DNA of 63,996 bases, counting the filler, from Octopus bimaculoides (lineage: Eukaryota), in assembly GCF_001194135.2 (NCBI RefSeq). It is 7 parts of 7 records of this genome, joined end to end, with 100 filler letters (N's around TTAATTAATTAA, not from the genome) between each part and the next. Parts side by side here need not be neighbours in the genome. Positions count along the whole stretch, not along the records: positions 1 to 15,513 come from NC_068985.1; 6 more parts are not named here. One strand, written 5' to 3'. Below are positions 1-13,184 of this stretch, in pieces. The position numbers and the translations under genes were made by a program. How positions within the stretch are numbered: the stretch's first letter is position 1; each line of letters starts with the position of its first letter. The notes under the pieces were generated by a model. The model was not told where the DNA came from. It was given only the letters and a program-made list of their open reading frames with translations, and did not search any database.

Positions 1-302
1 TATATATGTATATGTATATATACATATACAAACAGTAGTATTTAAGCGTATAAATGTATATATACGTGTGTGTGTGTGTACAAATGTGTGTGCATACATA
101 TACACATTTAAATATACAGACATGCACATATTTATATGTGTATACACACACACACACATACACATACACATTTCTATACGAAAATATACATATGCACACA
201 TACATGTGTGTATGTGTATGTGTGCATGCGTGTATGAATGAACGTATGTGTATGTAGGCGACACACATACATTGGCAAACACTTACATACCAACAGCGAG
301 AG

Positions 303-372
<70 letters not shown>

Positions 373-991
373 AGAGACAAATTGTGATGAATAGATAAAT
401 AAATAGGGAAAGAGGGAGAGTGAGAGAGAGACGGGGTAAGGGGGTGGAAGGGGCCTAATCCCTGAAGGCCATCCATCAGCCAACGGAGGGTCAGAGGTCA
501 AGGTATAATAACTGGCTGCCGAACAATGGTAACGTTTTTTTTTTTTTTTTTACCTTTGCATGTTTGGGTAAATATATCCGTCTCGTATTGTCAGCGTGGA
601 CGGATCTGATAGCACCGTTAGGGTATTTCGGAAGAAAACTAGTTGTACCACGCAATTAAAAAATACATTATACTCTGTTAATACAATGTCAAAACACACA
701 CAAACACACACATACACACACACAGTACGCACGTATGCATGGATACGGACACAAACATATAAACATACATACACGCACTCACTTAGACATAGTCAGTCTC
801 CTGTAAAGTAATTACACACATAAGAGTATAAGAAATTTGAGAGTATACTTACATACATGTGTATGTGTGTGTGTGTGCATGGACATACATATGTATACAT
901 ATCCAAATGTAGAAGTAGATATATATGTATATAATATATATAGGTTAATACCCAAATTAAATGTATGTATGTATATGTATGTATATGCATC

Positions 992-1025
<34 letters not shown>

Positions 1026-1049
1026 TACATATATGTATACACACCTAGT

Positions 1050-1119
1050 TGTGTATACATATATATATATGCATGTATGTGTATATATATTATACTAATA
1101 CATTTGTTTGTTTTCTAAA

Positions 1120-1152
<33 letters not shown>

Positions 1153-1219
1153 GAAAAAACGTATTGTTAACAAATGCCGGGATGCGTGGCATTCATCGTT
1201 ATTTATTTAATGCATTTTT

Positions 1220-1250
<31 letters not shown>

Positions 1251-1292
1251 NNNNNNNNNNNNNNNNNNNNNNNNNNNNNNNNTAAATAACGA

Positions 1293-1328
<36 letters not shown>

Positions 1329-1391
1329 AAAAATGCATTAAATAAATAACGATGAATGCCACGCATCCCGGCATTTGTTAACAATACGTTT

Positions 1392-1426
<35 letters not shown>

Positions 1427-1495
1427 TTTAGAAAACAAACAAATGTATTAGTATAATATATATACACATACATGCATATATATATATGTATACAC
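1050..1495. repeat. Near-perfect inverted duplication centred on an N-gap (likely assembly artefact)
   Basis: 1151-1230 (atgaaaaaacgtattgttaacaaatgccgggatgcgtggc...) is the exact reverse complement of ~1322-1400; symmetry extends to ~1050/1495; gap at 1251-1282 lies in the middle. Confidence 0.85.
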
Positions 1496-1541
1496 ACACA
1501 CTTACACATACATATATATGCATGTGAATATGTATATACGC

Positions 1542-1619
<78 letters not shown>

Positions 1620-2088
1620 ATACACACGTCTATATCTATATCTATCTATATATGTATTTATATCAAGAGAGAGAGAAACAGAGAGAGACTGAGAGAGAGA
1701 GAGAGAGAGACTGACAGAGAGAGAGAGAGACTGAGAGAGAAAGAGAGAGAGAGAGAGATAGATAGATAGAGAGAGAGAGAGCCAGAGACACTAGGATTGT
1801 ATACACACACATATATACATACATGCATACATTAGCTTTGTACGCGCATGCACATAAAGTAAATTACAGACATCACTCAGCGAAGCACATCAAATCGTCT
1901 TTCCCTCTTTCGTCCCGTTTATTAAGTTCCCCGCTGAGATATTATTATTTCGGCCATCACATGGAGTTGGCCATGACCAGCTCTGACCCCGTTGGTCTAC
2001 GATATTTATATCAACATAGCGGTAGGTTTCGTCGCAGCCATGTCTCTATAAAAACACACACACACACAGACATACACAGATACATACA

Positions 2089-2203
<115 letters not shown>

Positions 2204-2261
2204 AACATGATTTTGAAGCAATCATTAACCAAAGGATGTGAAAGGTCCGTGACCTACTGCT

Positions 2262-2551
2262 TACGGTGTTCTCAAGATCGCAAAGTCCTTGTTTCAATTC
2301 TCCTTCCGGCTGTGGCGTTGTGTTCTTGAGCAAAACACTTCCTTTCGCAGTGCTCCGGTCCTCCCAGCTGTAAACGAGCAACCCTGAAACAGACTGACCT
2401 ATCACTCATTGGGAGTGTTCTGATCTTGGTCACCTAGTTGCCATGGATACCGGGTAACCGGCGCTATGAGTTCAAACCCTGCAACAGAGCGACGGGTCAC
2501 TCATTGGAAATGTTCTGATTTTGGTCACCGAGTGGCCATGGATACCGGGTA
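2262..2551 (+). mobile_element. Degenerate tRNA-derived SINE with a locally duplicated ~55-bp tail segment
   Basis: gtgttcttgagcaaaacactt core shared with the SINE at 15004; cactcattgg...ggtcacc...gccatggataccgggta occurs at 2404-2457 and 2498-2551. Confidence 0.55.
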
Positions 2552-2561
2552 CAAAGAATAA

Positions 2562-2642
2562 GTCCTGGGGCACCTTGGGCAAGTGTCTTCTACTATAGCC
2601 TTGTGAGTGTATTAGGTAGACAAAAACTGAAAGAAGCCCGTC
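2562..2642 (+). mobile_element. 3' part of an octopus OR-type (CORE-like) SINE
   Basis: caccttgggcaagtgtcttctactatagcc...gtagacaaaaactgaaagaagcccgtc followed by (TA)n; same family recurs at least 8 times in the window. Confidence 0.8.
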
Positions 2643-2709
<67 letters not shown>

Positions 2710-3954
2710 NNNNNNNNNNNNNNNNNNNNNNNNNNNNNNNNNNNNNNNNNNNNNNNNNNNNNNNNNNNNNNNNNNNNNNNNNNNNNNNNNNNNNNNNNNN
2801 NNNNNNNNNNNNNNNNNNNNNNNNNNNNNNNNNNNNNNNNNNNNNNNNNNNNNNNNNNNNNNNNNNNNNNNNNNNNNNNNNNNNNNNNNNNNNNNNNNNN
2901 NNNNNNNNNNNNNNNNNNNNNNNNNNNNNNNNNNNNNNNNNNNNNNNNNNNNNNNNNNNNNNNNNNNNNNNNNNNNNNNNNNNNNNNNNNNNNNNNNNNN
3001 NNNNNNNNNNNNNNNNNNNNNNNNNNNNNNNNNNNNNNNNNNNNNNNNNNNNNNNNNNNNNNNNNNNNNNNNNNNNNNNNNNNNNNNNNNNNNNNNNNNN
3101 NNNNNNNNNNNNNNNNNNNNNNNNNNNNNNNNNNNNNNNNNNNNNNNNNNNNNNNNNNNNNNNNNNNNNNNNNNNNNNNNNNNNNNNNNNNNNNNNNNNN
3201 NNNNNNNNNNNNNNNNNNNNNNNNNNNNNNNNNNNNNNNNNNNNNNNNNNNNNNNNNNNNNNNNNNNNNNNNNNNNNNNNNNNNNNNNNNNNNNNNNNNN
3301 NNNNNNNNNNNNNNNNNNNNNNNNNNNNNNNNNNNNNNNNNNNNNNNNNNNNNNNNNNNNNNNNNNNNNNNNNNNNNNNNNNNNNNNNNNNNNNNNNNNN
3401 NNNNNNNNNNNNNNNNNNNNNNNNNNNNNNAATAAAAAACAAGCAAAAAGGCTGTACAGCCAGACGTGAAGTGTGTATGTATTGAACGCTGTGAAGCATG
3501 AACAGGAGGGGCAAAGAAGTACGTGCGAGCTTGGGGAGTCCAAGAACGAAAAGAAATAGCAGCCGGACACACGTGACCAAGGCTGTGTGAAGAGAAAGAG
3601 TAGCAGAGGGAAAAGAAGGGGAGGAAGTAGAATAAAAGTGAGTATCGAGAGGTAGAGAGAGAGAGAGAGAGAGATAGTAGTAGTTCGGTGAGAGGCGAAG
3701 GACGAGTAACAAGAGATAGAGAGAGAGAGAGAGAGATAGTAGTGACAGGTAGAGGCGAAGAACAGTAGAGGGAAGAATGAGAGGGGGAGATAGATATAGA
3801 GAGAGTCGCGTTAGAAAAATAGTTAAAACTTACTGTATAAAGGTTAACGCGAGCGTTCTGTCGTGATACAAACAATATATGAGTAAATGCATATATATGT
3901 ACATGTATGTACATANNNNNNNNNNNNNNNNNNNNNNNNNNNNNNNNNNNNNNN

Positions 3955-3995
<41 letters not shown>

Positions 3996-4299
3996 TAATA
4001 AATCTCTGAACGAGGTATAAACAGTAGCTGCACGACAACGTGAAATATATTTGCCACTTAAATGTGGGTAACCACTAAAGGTGAATGCTACTGTAGCTTG
4101 TAGCCCCAGGAAGACACCTTCTCCAGCTGGCTATTGGCACACTTTCTGTGCCCTATTAGTATTTGCAAAGGGGAGCCATCCTTCCCATCTTTGACTTGAC
4201 GTGATACGCACGGACTCGGGTTTCTAGGTATTTAACCATCATCAGCGGACGACATCGTTGACCGGTGATTGTCTCTGGATTGCATAGAAGTAGTGATGG

Positions 4300-4473
4300 T
4301 CATGATGGTCATAGTACTGTTAGTGGTGGTGGTGGTGGTTGTTGTTTTAGTAGTAGTAGTGGTGGTGGTAGTTGTTTTAGTAGTAGTAGTAGTAATGGTG
4401 GTGGTGGTGGTGGTGGCCGTGCTGATACTGGTAGCGCCGCTGTTAGAAGTATTGACGGTGCTGGCTGCAGTTT

Positions 4474-4505
<32 letters not shown>

Positions 4506-4983
4506 TAGTGAATGAAGTATCATATTGAATGGGTTGAGAGAGTGAGTGTGGGGTGGAACTGAAGGGTGCGTGATTGGGGAGGGCAGAAAAGCATTGAGAT
4601 TGGGGCTCCGTATCAAACTGGCTTCATTGAACTGAATGGACGAGTATAAGACATGAAGGTGGTGGCGACGGTAAAGATGGAGGTGGTGGTGGTGATATTG
4701 TTAGTGGTGGTGGTAGTGGTGGTAGTGGTGGTAGTAGTGGTGGTGGTGGTAGTGGTGGTAGTGGTGGTGGTTGTGACGGTGGTAGTGGTGATGGTGGTAT
4801 TTCTGGTGGTGGTGACGGCGATATCTGAAACAATGTCAATAATAATCGTGATGGTGGGCGCCCATGAGGAGATGGAGATAGTGCGGTGGCGACGGCGGTG
4901 GTGATGGTGGTGGCGGTGGTGATGGCGGTGATGATGACAATGATGACAACAGTGATTATGATGATGATGATAATGATGATGAC

Positions 4984-5016
<33 letters not shown>

Positions 5017-5441
5017 AGTGATGATAGTGATGGCGATGATGGCGAAGATGATGATGATGATGAGGAGGAAGAGGAGGATGCCGATGATGATGATAATGAT
5101 GATGAAGATGATGATGATGATGATGATGACGATGGTGATGATGATGATGACGATGCTGATGATGATGATGACGATGGTGATGATGATGATGGTGATGCTG
5201 CTGCTACTGCTGCTGATAGTGGTGATAGTGATGATGATGATGATGATAATGATGGTGATGATGATGGCGGCGATGATGGCGATGGTGATGATGCTGTTGA
5301 TGATGATAATGGAGATGGTGATGATGAAAGGTTGAGATAAACAACGCCGATGAAAATGGCGGTGTTGATGGTGGAGATAACAATGATGACAATGAAAGTG
5401 ATAGTGGTGGATATTCGTCTATAAAATTGCTGTTGTGTCGG

Positions 5442-5473
<32 letters not shown>

Positions 5474-5480
5474 TTAGTGG
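4300..5480. repeat. Compound trinucleotide microsatellite (GTG/GTA)n grading into (GAT)n and (GTT)n
   Basis: Direct reading; gives poly-Val/Met/Asp/His pseudo-ORFs with no flanking coding context. Confidence 0.9.
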
Positions 5481-5612
5481 TGATCCTGTGACCTTTAACC
5501 CCTCCCCCCACGCCGTCCCACCGCCACTGACCTTGAGATAATATTGACATATAAGAGGTTCACACCATTCGCGTTCTATTTAACTTTATTCATTCACACA
5601 GTCTGGACACAC

Positions 5613-5648
<36 letters not shown>

Positions 5649-6439
5649 CGAAACACATGCACACATGCATATACACATGTCTATACATATATGTATGTTT
5701 ATATATATATATATATATATTTGATATGTATGTGTGTGTGTATATATATATACACACATATATATACATATGTATATACACATACATATACATATATACA
5801 CATATATATATATACACACGTATATACATATATATATATACACACACATATATATACATATATATATATATACATATACACAAACATATACATATGATAT
5901 ATACAAGTATACATATACATACACACTTATACACATACATGTATGTATATATACAACGCGTACATACACAGACGCCAAAATTCCATAGTTTTCTCAGGCA
6001 GACATTTTCCTGAAATCCTTAAATTTTCCCAGGACCCAGAACTAAAACAACTATAGTCTGGGCTCTCTCTGTTCCCACAAATTACCTCCGATAATTTATA
6101 TTGAATATTTATCATCAATTTTCACTCGGCTAATTTAGATTTCCAGTCAAAGACGGAAGCTTCGAAGTGGTCATGCAGACTGCTAGAAATCAACAGTGAA
6201 ACCTCCCTCTACAGTTGTTTCTTAAAGGGAAACATATTTGAGTTGTCCTTGCGCGTTGTACGTTAAGAGTCAGAGACACGAATTATGACATATCTAATCT
6301 GTAAATCTTGAACATTTACAAGAATCGTGTTGATTCGTTTTCCATTGTAAAATTTAAGTATCCAGGTTAGTATTAAACAAAAATCGTTTACCTGGAATGG
6401 TTGTTAGGTTCTTTGAAGAAGAGATTGCTGATTGCTTCA

Positions 6440-7015
6440 CTTATCTCGCCAGTGAGGTTCACAGTAGCATTTGCTGCGAGGCTGCGAGTTTGAAGCCCTA
6501 AAAAAACTTGAACATGCTGGAGCAGTTGTGACTAATTGGACAAGGGTGTTTGGTGCTGCCGATGTCTGCGAGAGGAGAACGTTCCTTGTCCTGCGTTCTA
6601 GTTTTGAGACTTAGACACTGTAGGGATTCTTGGGAGCCGCATGTACACCTTTGGTGCCAAGGTGCGTTACAGGATTATGCTTACCATTGGTCGGATTTCG
6701 TATTCAGCCATCGATTCTACTTAGAACTAGGCTACATCCAGTTACCTGTGTGATTCAGCTGCTCCAGTTCAGACTTTGACTACGTTGCTGGATTTTCCGA
6801 GTTACCACGTTCACGTCACTGAAGAGGCGGATGGGTTGACGGCCCGTGTTGGTCAGCCACACGCCGTATGGTCACAACAGATGAAGAGGTATCTCGCAGA
6901 GATGGGAACTATCTTGGACTCCATTTCACGGGTTGCCTGGGAGAACCTTGGAATATACCATCAAATGAAGAATTAAACAACGTGCTGCAACGCTGCATTG
7001 CCCCTACATCTAGCC
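6440..7015 (+). mobile_element. RTE-clade LINE (Rex3/Expander-like) 3' fragment, frameshifted
   Basis: Manual translation across frames gives LDKGVWCCR, ET*TL, TFGAKVRYRIM-YHWSDFV, VGQPHAVWSQQMKRYLAEMG and AATLHCPYI*, the typical RTE C-terminal layout (ETWTL / IMGYRWxDFV / GRPxxxW / AATRC). Confidence 0.7.
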
Positions 7016-7179
7016 TGATCCAAAACATGTGACGTCAAACAAAATTGCGAGTGACATCACTTAAAATCTATTTCTTCAACTGAAAATGTTAGCTGCTAAT
7101 TCCAGAGCACCATAAAAAGCTACATGATGTTTCTTTGTATTGATTGTCAAATTTACAAAAATGCCAATGATTCACAACC

Positions 7180-7790
7180 AATTTTCTGTGGTCAGAAAAT
7201 TCTTATTTAACTGGTGTGATGTACGTGACAACATTTGGCTGTAACATTTTCAAGAGAACTATTTCCAATGAATATATCTAGATATAAGATCGCTTCCATT
7301 CTTACACCCTTCAACCAAGAGCATACGTTTCCCACAATAACTGCTCTAGCAATCCTAGCATAATTTTTGAAATTAGGTACTTACTCATTGAGAGAATTTG
7401 CTCTTTAAAACTCGTGGAATATATTACTGCATTTACCCCACCAGATGCTATCCCGATCAACTATACGGAACTTACCGCCAACGACCTCAAGAGATAACCA
7501 ACTTTTAACTATTCTAGGTCTGGTACAGAGCGAACTCCGCTTTTTTGTCTAATTTCATATGGAGGCTTCGAAACCAAGAGCATGAATCCTCCACTTCATC
7601 TTGAAAGGTTGTCGATAAATCTCATCCACTCACTAACAGAGCAAGTTATTGCAGACTCTGTTTCTCTGAGAAACATTATAACCTAAAAAAAATCTCTAAA
7701 CAAGAAATCGTAGATGAATTCCAGATGCCATCATTGAAGAGTACTTCTTTTGGGTTACTTTCAGTCGTTTCGGCCAGAAAATAAAATAAA
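7180..7790 (+). mobile_element. Decayed Penelope-like element, GIY-YIG endonuclease C-terminus
   Basis: Manual translation: INYTELTANDLKR*, RYRANSAFLSNFIWRLRNQ, *KVVDKSHPLTNRASYCRLCFSEKHY, NKKS*MNSRCHH. This parallels the PLE pattern YIGLT..FK.R / S.ELS.YIW.LK / W.I.DK / C.LC..EK / LNKRSE..SKCRH. Confidence 0.6.
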
Positions 7791-8201
7791 ATAAAATCGA
7801 GAAATTAACTCCCTGGCAAATTATTGTTAAACTCAATCAAATTACATTAGCACCTTTGCATTCTAATAGGATCTAGCAATATTTTTCCTTCATTTTGCAG
7901 CAAATCTTATCACGTTATCTTGCTTGTCCAATAAGAATCAAGGTTACGAACAATCAACAACGACCCAAATTTAAAACGGATGAGGCTTAACATCTTCTTT
8001 CTCTTACGTCGGACATCTGAAAGATCAGACATATGTATTCGTGCCTATGAAGCTCTCAATAATGGCCGTTAAATCACCAATTGCGCACAACCAAAACTAT
8101 ACTCAATGAACTGAACAGTTTTTTTTTAAACACAAACAAATACATATATAGGCGTGTGTGTACATATGCATATATATATGTATGCATGTGTATATATATA
8201 T

Positions 8202-8283
<82 letters not shown>

Positions 8284-8573
8284 GGAATTGAAGGATACAA
8301 TAATAGTGTTTCACCAGTTTCATTTCAGTGGAAAATTTTAGTCAAAACAACAATTACACACACACACACACATACACACGAACGATTGCTCAAAAATATA
8401 CAAACACACACACAAATATATGTGTGTGTATGTGTGTGTGTGCGTGTGTGTGTGTGTCTGTATGTATACAAATATAGAAACCGTCGATGTGAACAGATTA
8501 CTAATAAATAAGAACTCTACAACATATATTGAGCAATGTATATATGTATATATATATACATATACATACAGGC

Positions 8574-8644
<71 letters not shown>

Positions 8645-8654
8645 NNNNNNNNNN

Positions 8655-8702
<48 letters not shown>

Positions 8703-8986
8703 CACACACACATGCACACATATACAAACATGTTTGTCGGGATGGCTGGATAGTATGTACGAGTGTGTGGTAGGGTGCGATGTATGTTATTGGCAATTTT
8801 TGTGTGCTTCTGTGGTGTTATGTTCTGTGTATGCCATCAACAATATTAGCGAAGAGGAGCTAGGAAAGTCACGTCTTTTTCCCACTGCCAAAATAAACAG
8901 CTGCTACAGGTACCCGAAGTTGTTAGGATAAACAAAGTGCCAGGGACTGCAGCCACCCGCGGCTGTCAGTATGGGCGGAGCAAGAA

Positions 8987-9021
<35 letters not shown>

Positions 9022-9986
9022 NNNNNNNNNNNNNNNNNNNNNNNNNNNNNNNNNNNNNNNNNNNNNNNNNNNNNNNNNNNNNNNNNNNNNNNNNNNNNNN
9101 NNNNNNNNNNNNNNNNNNNNNNNNNNNNNNNNNNNNNNNNNNNNNNNNNNNNNNNNNNNNNNNNNNNNNNNNNNNNNNNNNNNNNNNNNNNNNNNNNNNN
9201 NNNNNNNNNNNNNNNNNNNNNNNNNNNNNNNNNNNNNNNNNNNNNNNNNNNNNNNNNNNNNNNNNNNNNNNNNNNNNNNNNNNNNNNNNNNNNNNNNNNN
9301 NNNNNNNNNNNNNNNNNNNNNNNNNNNNNNNNNNNNNNNNNNNNNNNNNNNNNNNNNNNNNNNNNNNNNNNNNNNNNNNNNNNNNNNNNNNNNNNNNNNN
9401 NNNNNNNNNNNNNNNNNNNNNNNNNNNNNNNNNNNNNNNNNNNNNNNNNNNNNNNNNNNNNNNNNNNNNNNNNNNNNNNNNNNNNNNNNNNNNNNNNNNN
9501 NNNNNNNNNNNNNNNNNNNNNNNNNNNNNNNNNNNNNNNNNNNNNNNNNNNNNNNNNNNNNNNNNNNNNNNNNNNNNNNNNNNNNNNNNNNNNNNNNNNN
9601 NNNNNNNNNNNNNNNNNNNNNNNNNNNNNNNNNNNNNNNNNNNNNNNNNNNNNNNNNNNNNNNNNNNNNNNNNNNNNNNNNNNNNNNNNNNNNNNNNNNN
9701 NNNNNNNNNNNNNNNNNNNNNNNNNNNNNNNNNNNNNNNNNNNNNNNNNNNNNNNNNNNNNNNNNNNNNNNNNNNNNNNNNNNNNNNNNNNNNNNNNNNN
9801 NNNNNNNNNNNNNNNNNNNNNNNNNNNNNNNNNNNNNNNNNNNNNNNNNNNNNNNNNNNNNNNNNNNNNNNNNNNNNNNNNNNNNNNNNNNNNNNNNNNN
9901 NNNNNNNNNNNNNNNNNNNNNNNNNNNNNNNNNNNNNNNNNNNNNNNNNNNNNNNNNNNNNNNNNNNNNNNNNNNNNNNNNNNNNN

Positions 9987-10028
<42 letters not shown>

Positions 10029-10254
10029 CGATCATATTTGTTCGTATTCACATCTAAACATATACAGGTGCTGCTCAAGAAAGATGTTCAGCTTAACGCC
10101 CAAGAAATATACTGATGTTATAATTTAATTGTGTATATGTGTATTCAAATATACATATATATATACGTAACACTGTGTCACATATACGTAACACTACGTC
10201 ACATATACGTAATACCACGTCACATCCATAATACCATGACAGAACTATTTCAAC

Positions 10255-10410
10255 TCATCTGGGCGTGCACTCTTTAACATTTTGCCACGCCACGTAAGGG
10301 AAGAAGTCTTTCTCAAATGGTTCCAGCGTAAATTCTTCCAACAAACTCAAGATGAACCACCTGCACACGAAATGTTTCTACAAACATTAGCTCTTTGCTT
10401 GAAAGGGTTA
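10255..10410 (+). mobile_element. CR1-type LINE ORF2 C-terminal fragment
   Basis: GRALFNILPRHVREEVFLKWFQRKFFQQTQDEP resembles the CR1 tail motif GP.LFN.LP..IR...FK..LD.FL...PDEP. Confidence 0.5.
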
Positions 10411-10561
10411 TGGTAGCCACAAAGAATGACTGTAACATGAAACATCATTAAATGTCCTTTCCAGATGATGCTATTAAACTAGTCATGGCCTGGTGCAGTT
10501 CTGGTCGAAACTTATCTAAGTATGTGTGTGTGTGTATACATATGAATGTATGCATGCATGC

Positions 10562-10775
10562 ATGTATGAGTGAGAGAGTAGTGCATGCCATCAAAGTGAC
10601 ACTGGGATAAAATATACTAAGCCCAGTATACCCATCATGGCTACCCATCTGATAATGGTACACCAGGCACATGCATCACAACCATATGTGCGCAACATGG
10701 TGATCTCATATCAAGATAAACAGCGCATGACCTTGCAGGTGGGGCCCAGTTAGAATTTTCTTCAGGTCGAGTTGT
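10562..10775 (-). mobile_element. Interspersed repeat family X (5'-truncated retroposon 3' end) inside a (CATA)n-rich tract
   Basis: Reverse complement matches 13370-13560 and 13795-13998 (gaagaaaattctaactgggccccacctgcaagg...gcactactctctcactca). Confidence 0.8.
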
Positions 10776-11059
10776 CCATGTATGTATGTCTGTATGTATG
10801 CATGTATGTATGTAATTATGTATGCATGTATGTATGTAATTATGTATGCAATTATATATGTATGCGTGTATGTATGTATATATGTATTTATATATGTATT
10901 TATGTATGTATATAATCAAGTATGTATGTATGCATGTGTGTATGCATGTATGTATGCATGCATGTATGTATGTATGTATGTATGTATGTATGTATGTCCT
11001 GGGTTCAAACTGGGTTTTAGGGTTAATGCTTAGCTATACGGATTCACAGTTTGTGGTGA

Positions 11060-11175
11060 TTGAGAAGAGAATTTGTCGAGGCTATAGTAGAAGACACTTG
11101 CCCAAGGTGCCAGGCAGTGGGACTGAACCCGGAACCATGTGGTTCGTAAGCAAGTTACTTACCACACAGCCACGT
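11060..11175 (-). mobile_element. OR-type SINE
   Basis: ggctatagtagaagacacttgcccaaggtgccaggcagtgggactgaacccggaaccatgtggt...accacacagccacg; contains a tRNA B-box-like GGTTCAGTCCC on the minus strand. Confidence 0.85.
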
Positions 11176-11221
11176 CCAAAATGTTTTTCTTAATGTAAAC
11201 CCTTGTGGTTAATAAAGAAAT

Positions 11222-11298
11222 CATTATTATTATTTATCATCATCAACATCATCATCATCATTATTATTATTACTATTATTATTATCATCATCATCACA

Positions 11299-11358
<60 letters not shown>

Positions 11359-11360
11359 TC
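11222..11360. repeat. (ATT/ATC)n microsatellite
   Basis: Direct reading. Confidence 0.95.
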
Positions 11361-11943
11361 TTACTCCCATAGGACTTCGTCTGGTGGTCACGGTTAATGA
11401 GGTGCCAAATTGAAGTGTCATCCGGAAGTCAGAACATAAATGCTCCGAGCGTTTCGGTTTGATTGAAACCTAGTCGAGTGTCATGTGACATCGTTCACGT
11501 GACACCCGCTTTGTCACCCATTATTTATTTAGTTACACTTTCAGAAATTGATTACTGTTTTTCTGTAATAGAGTTAATCTCCTCTTCTGTTCGTCTCCAG
11601 TCTTTACATAGTTTCTGTCTGTGCGTCTGTGTTTAATAAATGCATAGCAATGTGTCTATTACGAACCTCACGTTTCATTGTGTTAAGAATAGGCGTGTGT
11701 GTGTGTCAATGTGCGTGTGTATCTGTGTATGTGTGTGTGTGAATGTGTGCGAGTGAGTGTGTGTATCTGTGTATGTGTGTGTGAGTGAGTGTGTGTGAGT
11801 AGGTGTTTCTCTGTGTGTGTGTGGGTTGAGTGAATGTGTGTTTCTCTGTGTGGGTATGTGAGTGTGTTTCTCTGTGTGAGTGAGTGTGTGTTTCTGTGTG
11901 TGGGTGTGTGGGTGTGAGTGTTTCTGTGTGCGTGTGTTTCTGT

Positions 11944-11974
<31 letters not shown>

Positions 11975-12204
11975 ATCTATTGGAATTGTATGTTTGCTAT
12001 AATATGTCTGCGTGTCTGTATGAGTGCATGTCTCTACGGAAACAAGTATGTATCCAGTTACTTCTTAGGAGTTTAAGGTCTTGCTTATCCTGTCTGCCTG
12101 TCTGTCAGTCTTCTTGTATCTATGCTTGTGTGTATGTGTATATGTAAGTGTGTATGTATGAATGTGTGTATGTTTGACTGTGTATATATGTATGTATGCG
12201 ATTA

Positions 12205-12997
12205 TTCAGTTTTATTTCAAGATTTCTTGCCATTAGAGAAAGAACCAGTTTCTAACCTAGATTCAAGGCTCCTTCATTGGAATTTCAACATCAACAACAG
12301 GGTATTTTTGTATGTATGTATGTATGTATGTATGTATATATGCATGTGCAGATTTGTATGTTTTATGTATGTATTCTCATGCATATAGTTGCATATCAAG
12401 ACATGCTCATATATACTTGAAGGCTAAACTTCTGGAAAATTTTACAGATTTTTACAGTTCCAGTAATGGATTGGACCTGTAGTCTTCGAATTAACTTCCT
12501 CATTTCTGGTTTTGAAAAGCCTAATTTCTCAAGATTGGTATTTAGACAATGTGTTACATATCTCAGGGCCCCAATAATTGCAAGATTTCTCAATAGTTCA
12601 GCATAGGTGTTCTCTTTTTCACTGATCTTCAGCTTTGTGTAAAACATCCACTAGGCAGCTAATTTCCACAACTGTGCACAGTTTCTCTTGTCTATCCCAA
12701 ATCATTATATCAGGTCTGTTGTGCTTATATTGTATTGAAGTCTTCACTGGGACATTACACCAGTATTTCTTTTTATTATGAGTGGTTATGATTTCTACCA
12801 TACCGTGAGTTCTTATTCCTTTGTCCTCGGGATTATCCTTCCTACGGATTTCATTATGGAGTATCTTAGCTACAACATCATGTCTCATGATGGCATTTTA
12901 ATACCGTGATGGCATTTTCGGACAGCTGCGCATGATGCAAGGGATATCTTCAGTGTGAACTCCGCAATGTCTGCATCGGTCGTCACATTTTATTGCT
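12205..12997 (-). mobile_element. R4-clade (RLE) non-LTR retrotransposon, 5'-truncated, flanked by (CATA)n
   Basis: Zinc knuckle CRHCGVHTEDIPCIMRSC, RHDVVAK, RPDIMIWD...VEISC (PD-(D/E)xK-type RLE), ITGTVKICKIFQKF*; 3' UTR ends gaaataaaactgaataat then gcatacatacat. Confidence 0.85.
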
Positions 12998-13184
12998 TGT
13001 ATGTATGTATGTATGTATGTATGTATGTATGTATGTATGCATGCGAGTATGTATATATGTATATATGTTGTATCTATGTATGTATGTACGTGTGTATGTG
13101 CATACCTTACATGCACATACATACACACACACATGCACACACAGATACACACACACAAACGGACATACATAGCCGGTTGAGCAT

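Noticed and set aside
2472-3992. 506-aa ORF and all other long X-filled ORFs (8.9-10.1, 22, 34, 36, 40-41, 47, 50-53 kb)
   Set aside because: They are open only because N-gaps contain no stops.
4265-5392. Poly-Met/Val/His/Gly ORFs suggestive of a Met-rich (reflectin-like) or His-rich protein
   Set aside because: Pure trinucleotide repeat with no reflectin motif, no aromatic residues, and no convincing splice or start context.
11440-11480. Hairpin GGTTT/AAACC followed by GAAA on the minus strand (hammerhead-like)
   Set aside because: The upstream core reads CTCGACTA, not CUGANGA, and stems I and III are unconvincing.
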